Under the pieces are notes generated by a model. The model was not told the origin of the DNA. It searched no databases and worked only from the letters and a program-made list of their open reading frames with translations. The translations under genes and the position numbers were made by a program. From a virus (lineage: Duplodnaviria > Caudoviricetes): a stretch of DNA of 39,726 bases. The stretch is from the IMG/VR virus record IMGVR_UViG_3300037461_000129, positions 1-39,726 of that record; one strand, 5' to 3'. Position 1 is the stretch's first letter, and each line of letters begins with the position of its first letter. Of the stretch, positions 25,394-34,528 are shown one piece after another.

Positions 25394-26517
25394 CCGTTGA
25401 AAGCGCCACCTACATCAACACCCTTGACGCTACCTATCCGGCCGGCACGGACGCCAAGTCGGAGGGCGACGACCATCTCCGCCTCATCAAGAGCGCCGTC
25501 AAGGCGACGTTCCCGAACGTCAGTGGGGCGGTCACGCCCACGCACACCGAGCTGAACTATGTGGATGGCGTCACGTCGGCCATTCAGACGCAGCTTGACG
25601 CGATCACGGCAGCGGCTGCCAGGAACCTGCTCGATAACGGGCAGATGAAAACGTGGCAGCGCAGCACAGGCACGACGGGCGCCGACAACACCTACATTGC
25701 GGCGGATCGCTGGAAGTCGCTCAACGACGCAGTGACGAGCGAAATGACGCGCGTGGCCGGCGAGGCCGGGTATGCCATGCGGCTGCGCACCACGACGGCC
25801 AACAAGAAGTATGCCGTCATGCAAGTGCTGGAAAACCTCGATGCGGCGCGGCTGCAGGGTAAGACCGTGACCTTCTCGGCGCGGCTCAAGGGCAGCGGCG
25901 CCAATATCGACGACGTGCGCATGGCCATCCTGGCATGGACCGGCACGGCGGACACGGTGACGGACCCGGTGTCGGCCTGGAATGCGGGCGGCACGAATCC
26001 GACGTGGGCGACCAGTTGGACGGCGGAGAATACGCCGGCCGACCTCAACGTAACGACGGACTGGGCGACCTACTCGGTAACGGCAGCGCTCGATACCGCC
26101 GGCATCACCAACATCGCGGTCGTCATCTTCAACAACAGCACGACGCCGGGCACAAGCGATTATCTCTACATCGACTGGGCGCAACTCGAGGTTGGCGCCG
26201 CGGCAACAGCCTGCGAGGAGCGCGCGGCATCGGTCGATCTGGCGCGCTGCCAGCGGTTCTATCAGAAGTGGGATGGGTTCAAGTTCTATGCCTATGCCGG
26301 AGCGCCAGCGGAAGAAATCAACTGGTATGTGCCGCTGATGCCGCCGATGCGAGTAGCGCCGTCGATCACCGACCAAGAGGGCACGCACACCAACGTGGCC
26401 AGCGTGATTTCGACGAGCAGTTCGTCGCCGACGATGGCGGTGTTCAATGTTTCTGCAACAGCGGCCGGGCAAGTGATTGCGCACGAATCGTTTGTCTACC
26501 TGACGGCGGATCTGTGA
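25390..26517 (+). CDS. Tail fibre protein
   Basis: N-terminal anchor ESATYI...EGDDHLRLIKS...TFP, then RNLLDNG, ADRW and DLARCQRFY fibre motifs. Confidence 0.82.
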   Translation: MTVESATYINTLDATYPAGTDAKSEGDDHLRLIKSAVKATFPNVSGAVTPTHTELNYVDGVTSAIQTQLDAITAAAARNLLDNGQMKTWQRSTGTTGADNTYIAADRWKSLNDAVTSEMTRVAGEAGYAMRLRTTTANKKYAVMQVLENLDAARLQGKTVTFSARLKGSGANIDDVRMAILAWTGTADTVTDPVSAWNAGGTNPTWATSWTAENTPADLNVTTDWATYSVTAALDTAGITNIAVVIFNNSTTPGTSDYLYIDWAQLEVGAAATACEERAASVDLARCQRFYQKWDGFKFYAYAGAPAEEINWYVPLMPPMRVAPSITDQEGTHTNVASVISTSSSSPTMAVFNVSATAAGQVIAHESFVYLTADL

Positions 26518-26518
26518 C

Positions 26519-26797
26519 ATGGCAAGCGACGCACTCAAGGCGGCGATAGCGCAGCGGCTGGTGGCGAAGCGCCGCGGCGAATTGGCATGGGCTGACGTAA
26601 CGGGCGCGGTAGCCGGGGCCGGGGCGGCACAGAAAGCAGCCCTGCTCGACGCCATCAAGGCCGGTAATGCGCGAGTGCTCGGGGAGGCGTTGATTGCCAT
26701 CGTGCTAGCCAAGGTCAGCGCGGACGCGCAGACAGAGGCGGCGAGCATGCTGGCCGACGATGCGGTGTCGGCTGCGGACCTTGAGCGGATTCTCTGA
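26519..26797 (+). CDS. Hypothetical protein (possible fibre chaperone)
   Basis: 92-aa Ala-rich ORF directly after the fibre gene. Confidence 0.7.
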   Translation: MASDALKAAIAQRLVAKRRGELAWADVTGAVAGAGAAQKAALLDAIKAGNARVLGEALIAIVLAKVSADAQTEAASMLADDAVSAADLERIL

Positions 26798-28353
26798 TGC
26801 CGATCTACAGCGTGCCTGACGTGGCGTCCGTCGGCCTAGTGCTCGACGTGGACCCTGTGCTGCTGCCGCCGGCCGCCTGGTCGGACGCCAAGAACGTGCG
26901 CTTCGAGGACGGTGCGGCCGTGAAGTTCCTCGGCCATTCCAGCCTTGGCACGCCCTCGGTGACGCCATACTACATCGTCCCCGTGACCAAGGCCGGCACG
27001 CCTTATTGGGTGTACTGCGGCCTTGACAAGGTGTACTCGTGGGATGGGGCGACAGCGCATACCAACATCACGCGCCAGTTGACCGGCACGGACGACGACT
27101 ACACCGGCACGGCGACCGACTATTGGAACGGCGGCGTGTTCCAGGGCGTGTTGATCCTCAACAACGGCGTGGATTCGCCGCAGATGTGGATCGGCTCGGA
27201 CCTGGCAAACCTGACATGGGACGGCTCGAACACCTGGGCGGCGAAGGGCTACACCGCGCTCGCGATCAGGCCCTACAAGAACTTCCTCGTGGCGCTGAAC
27301 TGGGACGACGGCTCGACGCAATATCCCTATCAGGTGTATTGGTCCGATCGCGCGGACCCGCTGTCGGTGCCGGGTGACTGGGACTATGCCGACCCGGCGA
27401 ATGATGCCGGCATTGCCGAGCTGGCGGCCACGGAGGGGCACATCGTCACAGGCGAGCAGTTGCGCGATGCGTTCGTCATCTACAAGGAGGACGCGATTCA
27501 TACCATGACGGAGATCGGCGGCGTGTATGTGCACCAGTTCGCCGACCTGTCCAAGACGACGGGCATTCTCGCGCAGCGCTGCGCGAAAGAGTTCTACGGG
27601 CGGCATTTCGTGCTGGCCAACGACGATGTGATTGTGCACGACGGGCAAGCGCTGGAGAGCGTTGCGAGTAAGCGCGTGCGCCGCAACCTGTTCAACGCGA
27701 TCGACCCGACGTACTACAGCAACGCTTACGTTGTGCGCAACCTCAAGCGCCACGAAATGTGGTGTTGCTTCACGGAGACCGGGGGCACCCTGCCGACACG
27801 CGCCGCGGTGTGGAACTGGAAAGACAACACCTGGGCGCACCGCGAGCTGCCTGGCATGAGCCACGCGGGCTTTGGCATCCTGCCGTCTGCCGTCTCTGAC
27901 AGCACGACATGGAACAGCGATGCCGGGGCCTGGGATGCGGATACCACGCTCTGGTCGAGCCGCGTCTACAACCCGGCGGCGCAGGCGCTGGTGGGGGCGA
28001 CGGCGGACGACTTCTTCCTGCTCGACAATGCGGCGCAGTTCGACGGCGCCGGCATCACGTCATATGTCGTGCGCGAAGGCATCCTGCTCGACGGTCAGCA
28101 GACCATCAAGATGGTCCGGGCGATCTACCCGCGGGCGACGGGCGGCACGATGCAGGTGTCGATAGGCCACAAGTTCGACGCCAACGACAGTTACGTCTGG
28201 GAAGGCCCCTACGAGTTCACGCCGGGCACGGACTCAAAGGTTCGGGTGCGCAGCACGGGACGGTTCCACGCCATCAAGTTCGCGTTCCCTGCGAGCAGCG
28301 AGGGCGCGCTGCAGGGATATGACCTTGAGTATGTGCCGATGGGGTCCAGGTGA
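26797..28353 (+). CDS. Tail tubular / nozzle protein (beta-propeller type)
   Basis: 518 aa; WSDAKNVRF, NNGVDSPQ, VYWSD, FVIYKED; position after adaptor and fibre. Confidence 0.82.
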   Translation: MPIYSVPDVASVGLVLDVDPVLLPPAAWSDAKNVRFEDGAAVKFLGHSSLGTPSVTPYYIVPVTKAGTPYWVYCGLDKVYSWDGATAHTNITRQLTGTDDDYTGTATDYWNGGVFQGVLILNNGVDSPQMWIGSDLANLTWDGSNTWAAKGYTALAIRPYKNFLVALNWDDGSTQYPYQVYWSDRADPLSVPGDWDYADPANDAGIAELAATEGHIVTGEQLRDAFVIYKEDAIHTMTEIGGVYVHQFADLSKTTGILAQRCAKEFYGRHFVLANDDVIVHDGQALESVASKRVRRNLFNAIDPTYYSNAYVVRNLKRHEMWCCFTETGGTLPTRAAVWNWKDNTWAHRELPGMSHAGFGILPSAVSDSTTWNSDAGAWDADTTLWSSRVYNPAAQALVGATADDFFLLDNAAQFDGAGITSYVVREGILLDGQQTIKMVRAIYPRATGGTMQVSIGHKFDANDSYVWEGPYEFTPGTDSKVRVRSTGRFHAIKFAFPASSEGALQGYDLEYVPMGSR

Positions 28354-28805
28354 AGCCGGCGACGCACAAGCAGGGCGGCCGGTATGTTCCGCAGGCGCCG
28401 CCGAGCGGCGCAACCACGGACGCACTGGCGGCGTATCTGCTGCGCGAGCTGCAGCGCGTGGCGGCGGTGCTGGTGACGCCGGAGTTTACGCAGGTGCATT
28501 ACGGCGTCGAGGTCGACAACAATGCGGCCGGCGCAACGCTGACGATCAATTGGAAAGCCGGGCAGAAGCAGCGCGTCGACATGTCGGCCGCGTGCACCTT
28601 CACGTTTGCGCCACCGGACGGCGTGTGCAATCTGATGCTCAAGCTGGCCTATACCGGCAATTACGCGCCGACGTTCCCGAGCACGGTGAAGTGGCAGGGC
28701 GGCACGGCGCCGACGTGGACCAAGACGAACGGCGCCGTGGACGTGATAGCCATGTACTTTGACGGCACCAGCTACCACGCGACGGCGAGCCTCGACAGCA
28801 AGTAA
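28350..28805 (+). CDS. Tail-associated protein
   Basis: YLLRELQRVA helix followed by a TFPSTVKWQGGTAP...VDVI...FDG beta domain. Confidence 0.75.
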   Translation: MKPATHKQGGRYVPQAPPSGATTDALAAYLLRELQRVAAVLVTPEFTQVHYGVEVDNNAAGATLTINWKAGQKQRVDMSAACTFTFAPPDGVCNLMLKLAYTGNYAPTFPSTVKWQGGTAPTWTKTNGAVDVIAMYFDGTSYHATASLDSK

Positions 28806-29617
28806 TGGCCGCGCTCGTCAACCGTTGGAAATTCGACGAGGGCAGTGGCACGACAGCGGCGGACAGCGTTGGCGGCGATGATCTGACGCTCAACGTCGTG
28901 AGCGGGTCGCCATCGTGGCAGAGCGGGCGCAATGGCGGATACTGCTTGCGGTTCAGCGGCGCACAAACGTCATTGACTGTCGGCAACATCTATCCCGTTC
29001 CGATAGCAACGACAGACCTGGCCTATCGGAGCGCCGCAAATCGCGCACAGGGCTGCGCCGGATCGTGGTCGATAGCGTGCTGGGTCAAAACGACGGCGAC
29101 GGACAAGAGCCGGCCCATTGTGTCGATCAATGCGTACAGCAGCGGCGACTCGCGCTACGAGCTGTTCCACAGCGGGCTGTATGTTGGGTCCGACGAGAAG
29201 GCGTATTGGAGTGTGCAGTACAGCAAGCTCTCCACGCGCTACTTCCGCATGGAGCCGGCAACGACGGGCACCATCAACAATGGCGAGTGGCGCCACCTTG
29301 TCGGGACGTTTGATGCGTCTGGCAACGTGGGGAAAATCTATCTCGATGGGGAATTGCAGGGCACTTACACCGAGACGGACAGCAGTTATGTCGTGCAGCA
29401 GACGATGGTCAAGGATTATGCCGACATCGTTATTGGTGGTGGCGCGCTGCTGAATCTTGACGTGTCGCACACGCAGACACTGCAGCGGAGTGGCGCGTTC
29501 GCTGGTGACATTGATGACGTAAGAGTGTATTGCGGCGCGCTCACAGCGACGGAAGTGGCGGACCTGTTCAACGACCGGCCGCCGACCAGCGCCGTCATGT
29601 TCTCGTGCAACACATGA
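28805..29617 (+). CDS. LamG / concanavalin A-like domain protein (receptor-binding candidate)
   Basis: WKFDEGSGTTAADS, SIACWVK, WRHLVGTFD, IYLDG, FAGDIDDVRVY..ALTATEV. Confidence 0.9.
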   Translation: MAALVNRWKFDEGSGTTAADSVGGDDLTLNVVSGSPSWQSGRNGGYCLRFSGAQTSLTVGNIYPVPIATTDLAYRSAANRAQGCAGSWSIACWVKTTATDKSRPIVSINAYSSGDSRYELFHSGLYVGSDEKAYWSVQYSKLSTRYFRMEPATTGTINNGEWRHLVGTFDASGNVGKIYLDGELQGTYTETDSSYVVQQTMVKDYADIVIGGGALLNLDVSHTQTLQRSGAFAGDIDDVRVYCGALTATEVADLFNDRPPTSAVMFSCNT

Positions 29618-30045
29618 TGCCGCTGCGGCCGGCGACGCAGGAGACGTTGCGCGCCGATTGGCTGTCGGCACGCGAGCACATTGCCGCGCTGCAGCGGCGA
29701 CAGAAAGCCAAGTGGCTGGTCGAGGACGTTTACCACCTGCTGCGCGCCGGCATCGCCATGTTGTGGTTGCGCGATCCCATGGCGGCGTTTTACGTCACGC
29801 TACAGCAGATCGAGCCGTTCAGCGGGCGGCGCGAGTTGACGGTGTGGATCGGGTGGCGCGATGCGAGCGGCCATGACTTGAGAGCGGACGCAGATGAGCT
29901 GCGCGCCATCGCCGCGGCGCAAGGGTGCGAAGCGGTGAAGTTCGTGAGTCCGCGTCCCGGCTGGGGCAAGCGGGCCGCGCAGATCGGGTTTTCTCCAGGC
30001 GATTCCGTGTGGGAAGCGCCGGCACAACGGGAGGCGGCGATATGA
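29614..30045 (+). CDS. GNAT-like protein preceding the ejection genes
   Basis: LTVWIGW...AAAQGCEAVKFVSPRPGW...GF; positional and motif similarity only. Confidence 0.65.
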   Translation: MMPLRPATQETLRADWLSAREHIAALQRRQKAKWLVEDVYHLLRAGIAMLWLRDPMAAFYVTLQQIEPFSGRRELTVWIGWRDASGHDLRADADELRAIAAAQGCEAVKFVSPRPGWGKRAAQIGFSPGDSVWEAPAQREAAI

Positions 30046-31661
30046 GTTCCGTACTGGGCAGCGTAGCGGGCGCGGTAGTGTCGGGCCTGTTCAGCAAGTC
30101 GTCGTCAAAGAAGTCGTCGCAGCAGACGCAGCAGACCACGACGACCAGCACGAGCGAGCCGTGGTCCGGCGCCAAGCCGTATTTGCTGGATCTCTACAAG
30201 CAGGGGGCCGGCATCGCGAATCAGGGCGTGCCGACGCTGGCCGACTACCTGGCGCCGGCGGCGTATTTCCCCTACCAGACGACGACGGCATACAACCCGG
30301 ATGCCAACGCGCTGGCAGGCCTGCAGCAGCAGCTCGGCTATGCCGGATCGTATCTGCCGGCGCTGGCCGGCGCGCAGTTCGCCGGCTACGGCAACCTCAT
30401 GGCAGCGCCGGACGTGGCCAATAACCCGTATGTGCAGGCCATGAATGCGCAGACGACGCGCAACATGCTGACGGCGGGCCAGCAGCTCACGGGCGAGGCC
30501 AACCGGGTGCTCGGCAACAACCTGCAAGACGCGAACATGGCGTCGCAGCAGGGCATCGACTATCTGGGCCGCACGCTCGGCAACCGGCTGGAAGATTTCG
30601 GGCTCGCGTCTGGCCAGGCCGTCGGCGACTTCGGCCGCACGGCAAGTCAGGCGACCGGGCAGATGGGCCGGATGCTCGGCAATACGCTCGACGACTGGCG
30701 GGCAAACTACCAGCGCACCAAGGGCGACATCCAGGACACGCTAACCGAGCAGTGGCTCCCCGGGCTGCGCAGCGGCGCGAGCCTCGCGGGCCAGTATGGC
30801 GGGACGCGGCAGGGCGTGGCCGAAGGCGTCGCGGCGAGCAAGGCACAACGCACCCTGGCGGATCTTGAGCGGTCCTTCGGCACGGACTTCGGCAATGCGC
30901 TGGAGGCGAGCGGCATGTCGCTCGGCGACACGCTGTCGAACCTGGGGGCCAATACCAGCAACCTGATAGGCAACCTCGGCAACCAGTACGGGCAGGCCTA
31001 TGAGTCCGGGGCGGTCAACACGAGCAACCTCGGCGCCAACCTGGGGCGCGGCGTGTCGCAAGGGCTACAGGCGGCCGGCATGGGCCTTAGCAACCAACTG
31101 AGCAATCTCTACAACGCCTTGGGCACGAGCCTTGCGCAGACCAACCTGGGCGCCTACGGGCAGGGGCTCGACGCGCAGCTCAAGGCCATGACGATGGCGC
31201 CGCAGATCGCGCAGCTCGGGATGTTGCCGGGCCAGGTCATGCAGGGCGTCGGCAATCAGTTGGACGCCTACCGGCAGCAGCAGATCGACGCCGAGAAGGC
31301 GCGCTTTGACTATGAGCAGCAGGCGGCGCGGGCGGCGTACCTGGATGCCGAGCAGCGGGCCATGACGAACTACGGCAACCAGTGGATGCCGGTGCAGCAA
31401 ATGAACTCGGTACTTAGCGGCGTGCCGGTCAACACCACGCAGACGCAGAATCAGCAGGCATCGGCAGCGCAGCCGAGCAACATGGCAAACGACATCATGG
31501 GCGGCGCCATGCTCGGCAACTCGATCTACAAGAACGTGTTCGGGCAGCAGCCAAGTTCGCAGTACGGGGCGCCGGCCGGGCTGTTCACGCCGGAGGTCAT
31601 GGGCGCCGGGCAGTTTGGGCCGCCGGCCCAATCGTTGTGGTCGCAGTGGACAAATTGGTAA
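30042..31661 (+). CDS. Internal virion / DNA ejection (pilot-like) protein
   Basis: Gly-rich hydrophobic N-terminus, TTTTSTSEPW, GQYGGTRQGVAE, rich in Q/G/N. Confidence 0.8.
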   Translation: MSSVLGSVAGAVVSGLFSKSSSKKSSQQTQQTTTTSTSEPWSGAKPYLLDLYKQGAGIANQGVPTLADYLAPAAYFPYQTTTAYNPDANALAGLQQQLGYAGSYLPALAGAQFAGYGNLMAAPDVANNPYVQAMNAQTTRNMLTAGQQLTGEANRVLGNNLQDANMASQQGIDYLGRTLGNRLEDFGLASGQAVGDFGRTASQATGQMGRMLGNTLDDWRANYQRTKGDIQDTLTEQWLPGLRSGASLAGQYGGTRQGVAEGVAASKAQRTLADLERSFGTDFGNALEASGMSLGDTLSNLGANTSNLIGNLGNQYGQAYESGAVNTSNLGANLGRGVSQGLQAAGMGLSNQLSNLYNALGTSLAQTNLGAYGQGLDAQLKAMTMAPQIAQLGMLPGQVMQGVGNQLDAYRQQQIDAEKARFDYEQQAARAAYLDAEQRAMTNYGNQWMPVQQMNSVLSGVPVNTTQTQNQQASAAQPSNMANDIMGGAMLGNSIYKNVFGQQPSSQYGAPAGLFTPEVMGAGQFGPPAQSLWSQWTNW

Positions 31662-31671
31662 GGGGGCGCGC

Positions 31672-32988
31672 ATGAACATCACTGGAAGTGCTGACTATAG
31701 TCCGCTGTCGAGTCCGTGGCGCACGGAACAGAACAACATGTCGAACTACGCGGCCAGCGGCGCTAGCAATGTCGGGTTCGATCTGCAGCAGTGGTTGTGG
31801 CTGCAGCAGGCCGGGCTTACTGGCGCCCAGCCGCCGCAGCAGACACCCGCCGCGGCAGGACCGCAGCCGGCGCGCTTCGGCACCAACCTCGCGCAGTACC
31901 TGCCGCAGGCGCAGACGGCGGGCGGGCCGGCGCAGCCGATGCCTTACAGCGGCAACCTGCAGATGGGTGGGTTCATGCCGGGACAGATGTCCGGGTTCCC
32001 GTTCATGCCCACTAACTACGGGTGGCCGTTCGGGCAGCAGTCAGCGCCGCAGGGCGCACAACCGCCCGCGCCGCCGTTCACGTTGCCGCAGCCGCAGTTG
32101 CCGGGTATGCAGCAGATGCAGGCCACCAACCCGTTCGGCGCGATGGGCCTGCAGGCGTATCAGCAGCAGCTCGGCGGGCAGGCGGGCGGGCTGTTGCCGC
32201 CGACGCAGCCGCAGCCGCAGCCGCCCGCGGCGCCGTCGCAACTGGATCGCTATGACCAGCGGTTTCTCGACACCATGGTGAAGCGGTATGCCGGCAAGGA
32301 TGTGAGCGCCATGCCGGCGCAGCAGCAGGAGATGGTCAAGGCACTGCAGGCCGGGCAGATACCGGAGGCCCTGAAAAAAGGCACGATGTATCAGCGCATG
32401 GTGACGGACAACCGCGCCAACGATCAGGCGCGGGCAGCGGCCGAGGCGGCCAAGCCCTGGTTTCTGCAGGAGGGCAATTTCAACCGCCCGCAAGGACTCT
32501 CGAAAGAGCAGGAGCGTCAATACATGGCGGCCCGCGCGCAAGCGCAACAGCAGTACTACATGCAGAACCCCGGCGAGATCCCGGCCGGGATGCGCAACCA
32601 GCCGGGCCAGATGGGCAAGTTCTGGAGCGCCATGGCAGGCGACTATGCGCCGTTCATGGGCAAGGGCCTGGAGCTTGCCAACACGCAACTCGATCTCTAT
32701 GGCAAGTACAGGAACGTCCTGGAGCAGCAGGGCAACATCGCCAACAACCCGGCGTTCGGGCAGTTCCAGCAGGCGTGGAACGCCATGCCGGGCGCGGCGC
32801 GCGGGCAGGCGGCACGGCTGACGCCGGAACAGGCCTATGCGGCGGCGACGACGTTGGGCGTGCCCTGGAACGCGCTGCCGAACAGCGACGTGAGCGTGTT
32901 CCTGAACGGCCCGATGAGCCAGGATGCTGCGGCGAAATACTACGGCAAGCAGGCCGTCAACATGGGCCAGCGGCTGCTCGGGAGATAG
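31672..32988 (+). CDS. Gln/Pro-rich putative ejection protein
   Basis: About 438 aa, low complexity, between ejection genes. Confidence 0.72.
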   Translation: MNITGSADYSPLSSPWRTEQNNMSNYAASGASNVGFDLQQWLWLQQAGLTGAQPPQQTPAAAGPQPARFGTNLAQYLPQAQTAGGPAQPMPYSGNLQMGGFMPGQMSGFPFMPTNYGWPFGQQSAPQGAQPPAPPFTLPQPQLPGMQQMQATNPFGAMGLQAYQQQLGGQAGGLLPPTQPQPQPPAAPSQLDRYDQRFLDTMVKRYAGKDVSAMPAQQQEMVKALQAGQIPEALKKGTMYQRMVTDNRANDQARAAAEAAKPWFLQEGNFNRPQGLSKEQERQYMAARAQAQQQYYMQNPGEIPAGMRNQPGQMGKFWSAMAGDYAPFMGKGLELANTQLDLYGKYRNVLEQQGNIANNPAFGQFQQAWNAMPGAARGQAARLTPEQAYAAATTLGVPWNALPNSDVSVFLNGPMSQDAAAKYYGKQAVNMGQRLLGR

Positions 32989-32991
32989 GCC

Positions 32992-34527
32992 ATGCGCAGC
33001 AGCACGCGCGAGTACACCCCGGCGGGCTGGACGACAATCGAGGCCGACTTTCGCGAGTACACGGACCCGTTCCAGTCGAGCCTGGACTGGTGGCGGCTCA
33101 TGCAGTCGCCGCTCTATGCCGATGTGCTGGCGGCGACGAGTGCGGACGAGGCAGCGGAGGCCGTGGCGCGGGCCGGCTACGCGACGGACCCGGACTACGC
33201 CATCAAGCTCAAGCGGATGACGCCGCGCACGCCCGAGCAGGTGGCGTTCTTCGATGCGCGCAAGGCGGACTTGGCAAAGTCCGGGGCGCCACCCGTGCTG
33301 GTGGACCTGGGGGCGCGGCAGAGCGCCCTGGAAACCGGCTGGGGCCGCAGCGCGCCGGGCGGCAACCTGTACGGGATCAAGGCGGGCGGCAAGCCGCTGC
33401 AGGTAGCGCGCGCGGGCCGGGCGGACATTTCTTCGGGCCTGCTGTCGCAGGCGCTGCCTGACACGATGAAGGAGGCGGACATGCCGCAGAGTGACCTGAT
33501 GGGCGAGAGCACGCTTGCGCGCCTGATGCAAGATCCGATGTTCCTGATGGGCGCCGCGGTGCTGTCGCAGAGCGGTGGCGCGACGGGCGACATCGGCCGC
33601 GGACTGCTAGGCGGCACGGCGGCCTATGAGGCGCAGCGGCAGAACCGTTCGCTTGAGCAGTACCGGCAGCAGCAGCTCAAGGCGCAGCAGAATCCGCGCT
33701 CGGCGAACATTGCGGAGTACGAATACCTGCGCCAGCAGGGTGTGCCGCACGATCAGGCCATGCGGTACTCGTTCGCCGGCAACGCCGGCTATGGCGAGCG
33801 CGGCATGATGATGGGCAACGTGCCGATGGTGCAGGTGACGAACCCGGACGGGACGACCAGCATCCGGCCGATGGCGCCGCAGGAACTGGACTACCGCCGC
33901 GGCGTGATCGAGGAGGAGAAGCGTACTGCCTCGACAGCCGAGGGCCTGGGCAAGCAGACGGCCGAGCTGCGCGCCGAGATCAACAAGGCGGCGACCGTCA
34001 TGCCGTCACTCATCAAGCAGACGGACCAGCTCATCGCCGACATCAAGGGCGGCAAGTATCAGGACACCGGGCCGATCAAGGGCCGTATCACCGAGTACTG
34101 GTCGCCAGAGATCGCCGACCTGCAGTTCAAGGCGACCGAGCAGGTGCTGCAGAACCTGCAGATCGTCAATCTTGCGCCGGTCACCATCAAGGAGCTGGAA
34201 CTGATGGGGCAGCTATACGCGGGCGCCTACAAGACGCCCGAGCAGAACCTCGCGGTGCTGGAGTACCTGAACGGCCGGGCGAAGGAGCGGCTGCGCCGGA
34301 TGCGCAAGCTCGACGCCAAGCTGCGCGGCGGCGGCAAGATCGAGGATCTGCCGCAGTGGGTGGACGACGAGTTCGAGCCGTTCGACGAGGCCGCGCCGCT
34401 GCCGGACTTCGAGGCCGCGCCGGCCGCGCCGAGCATCCCGGTGACGGTGCCACAGAAACCCGCCGGCATGGCGGACGATCAGTGGCAGGAACTGCTGCGG
34501 TTGCGCGGCATGACGGGAGGGCGCTGA
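32992..34527 (+). CDS. Ejection protein with N-terminal circularly permuted GH73/FlgJ-like peptidoglycan hydrolase
   Basis: TREY..FREY..AGYATDPDYAIKL comes before QSALETGWG..NLYGIKA. Confidence 0.85.
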   Translation: MRSSTREYTPAGWTTIEADFREYTDPFQSSLDWWRLMQSPLYADVLAATSADEAAEAVARAGYATDPDYAIKLKRMTPRTPEQVAFFDARKADLAKSGAPPVLVDLGARQSALETGWGRSAPGGNLYGIKAGGKPLQVARAGRADISSGLLSQALPDTMKEADMPQSDLMGESTLARLMQDPMFLMGAAVLSQSGGATGDIGRGLLGGTAAYEAQRQNRSLEQYRQQQLKAQQNPRSANIAEYEYLRQQGVPHDQAMRYSFAGNAGYGERGMMMGNVPMVQVTNPDGTTSIRPMAPQELDYRRGVIEEEKRTASTAEGLGKQTAELRAEINKAATVMPSLIKQTDQLIADIKGGKYQDTGPIKGRITEYWSPEIADLQFKATEQVLQNLQIVNLAPVTIKELELMGQLYAGAYKTPEQNLAVLEYLNGRAKERLRRMRKLDAKLRGGGKIEDLPQWVDDEFEPFDEAAPLPDFEAAPAAPSIPVTVPQKPAGMADDQWQELLRLRGMTGGR

Positions 34528-34528
34528 C

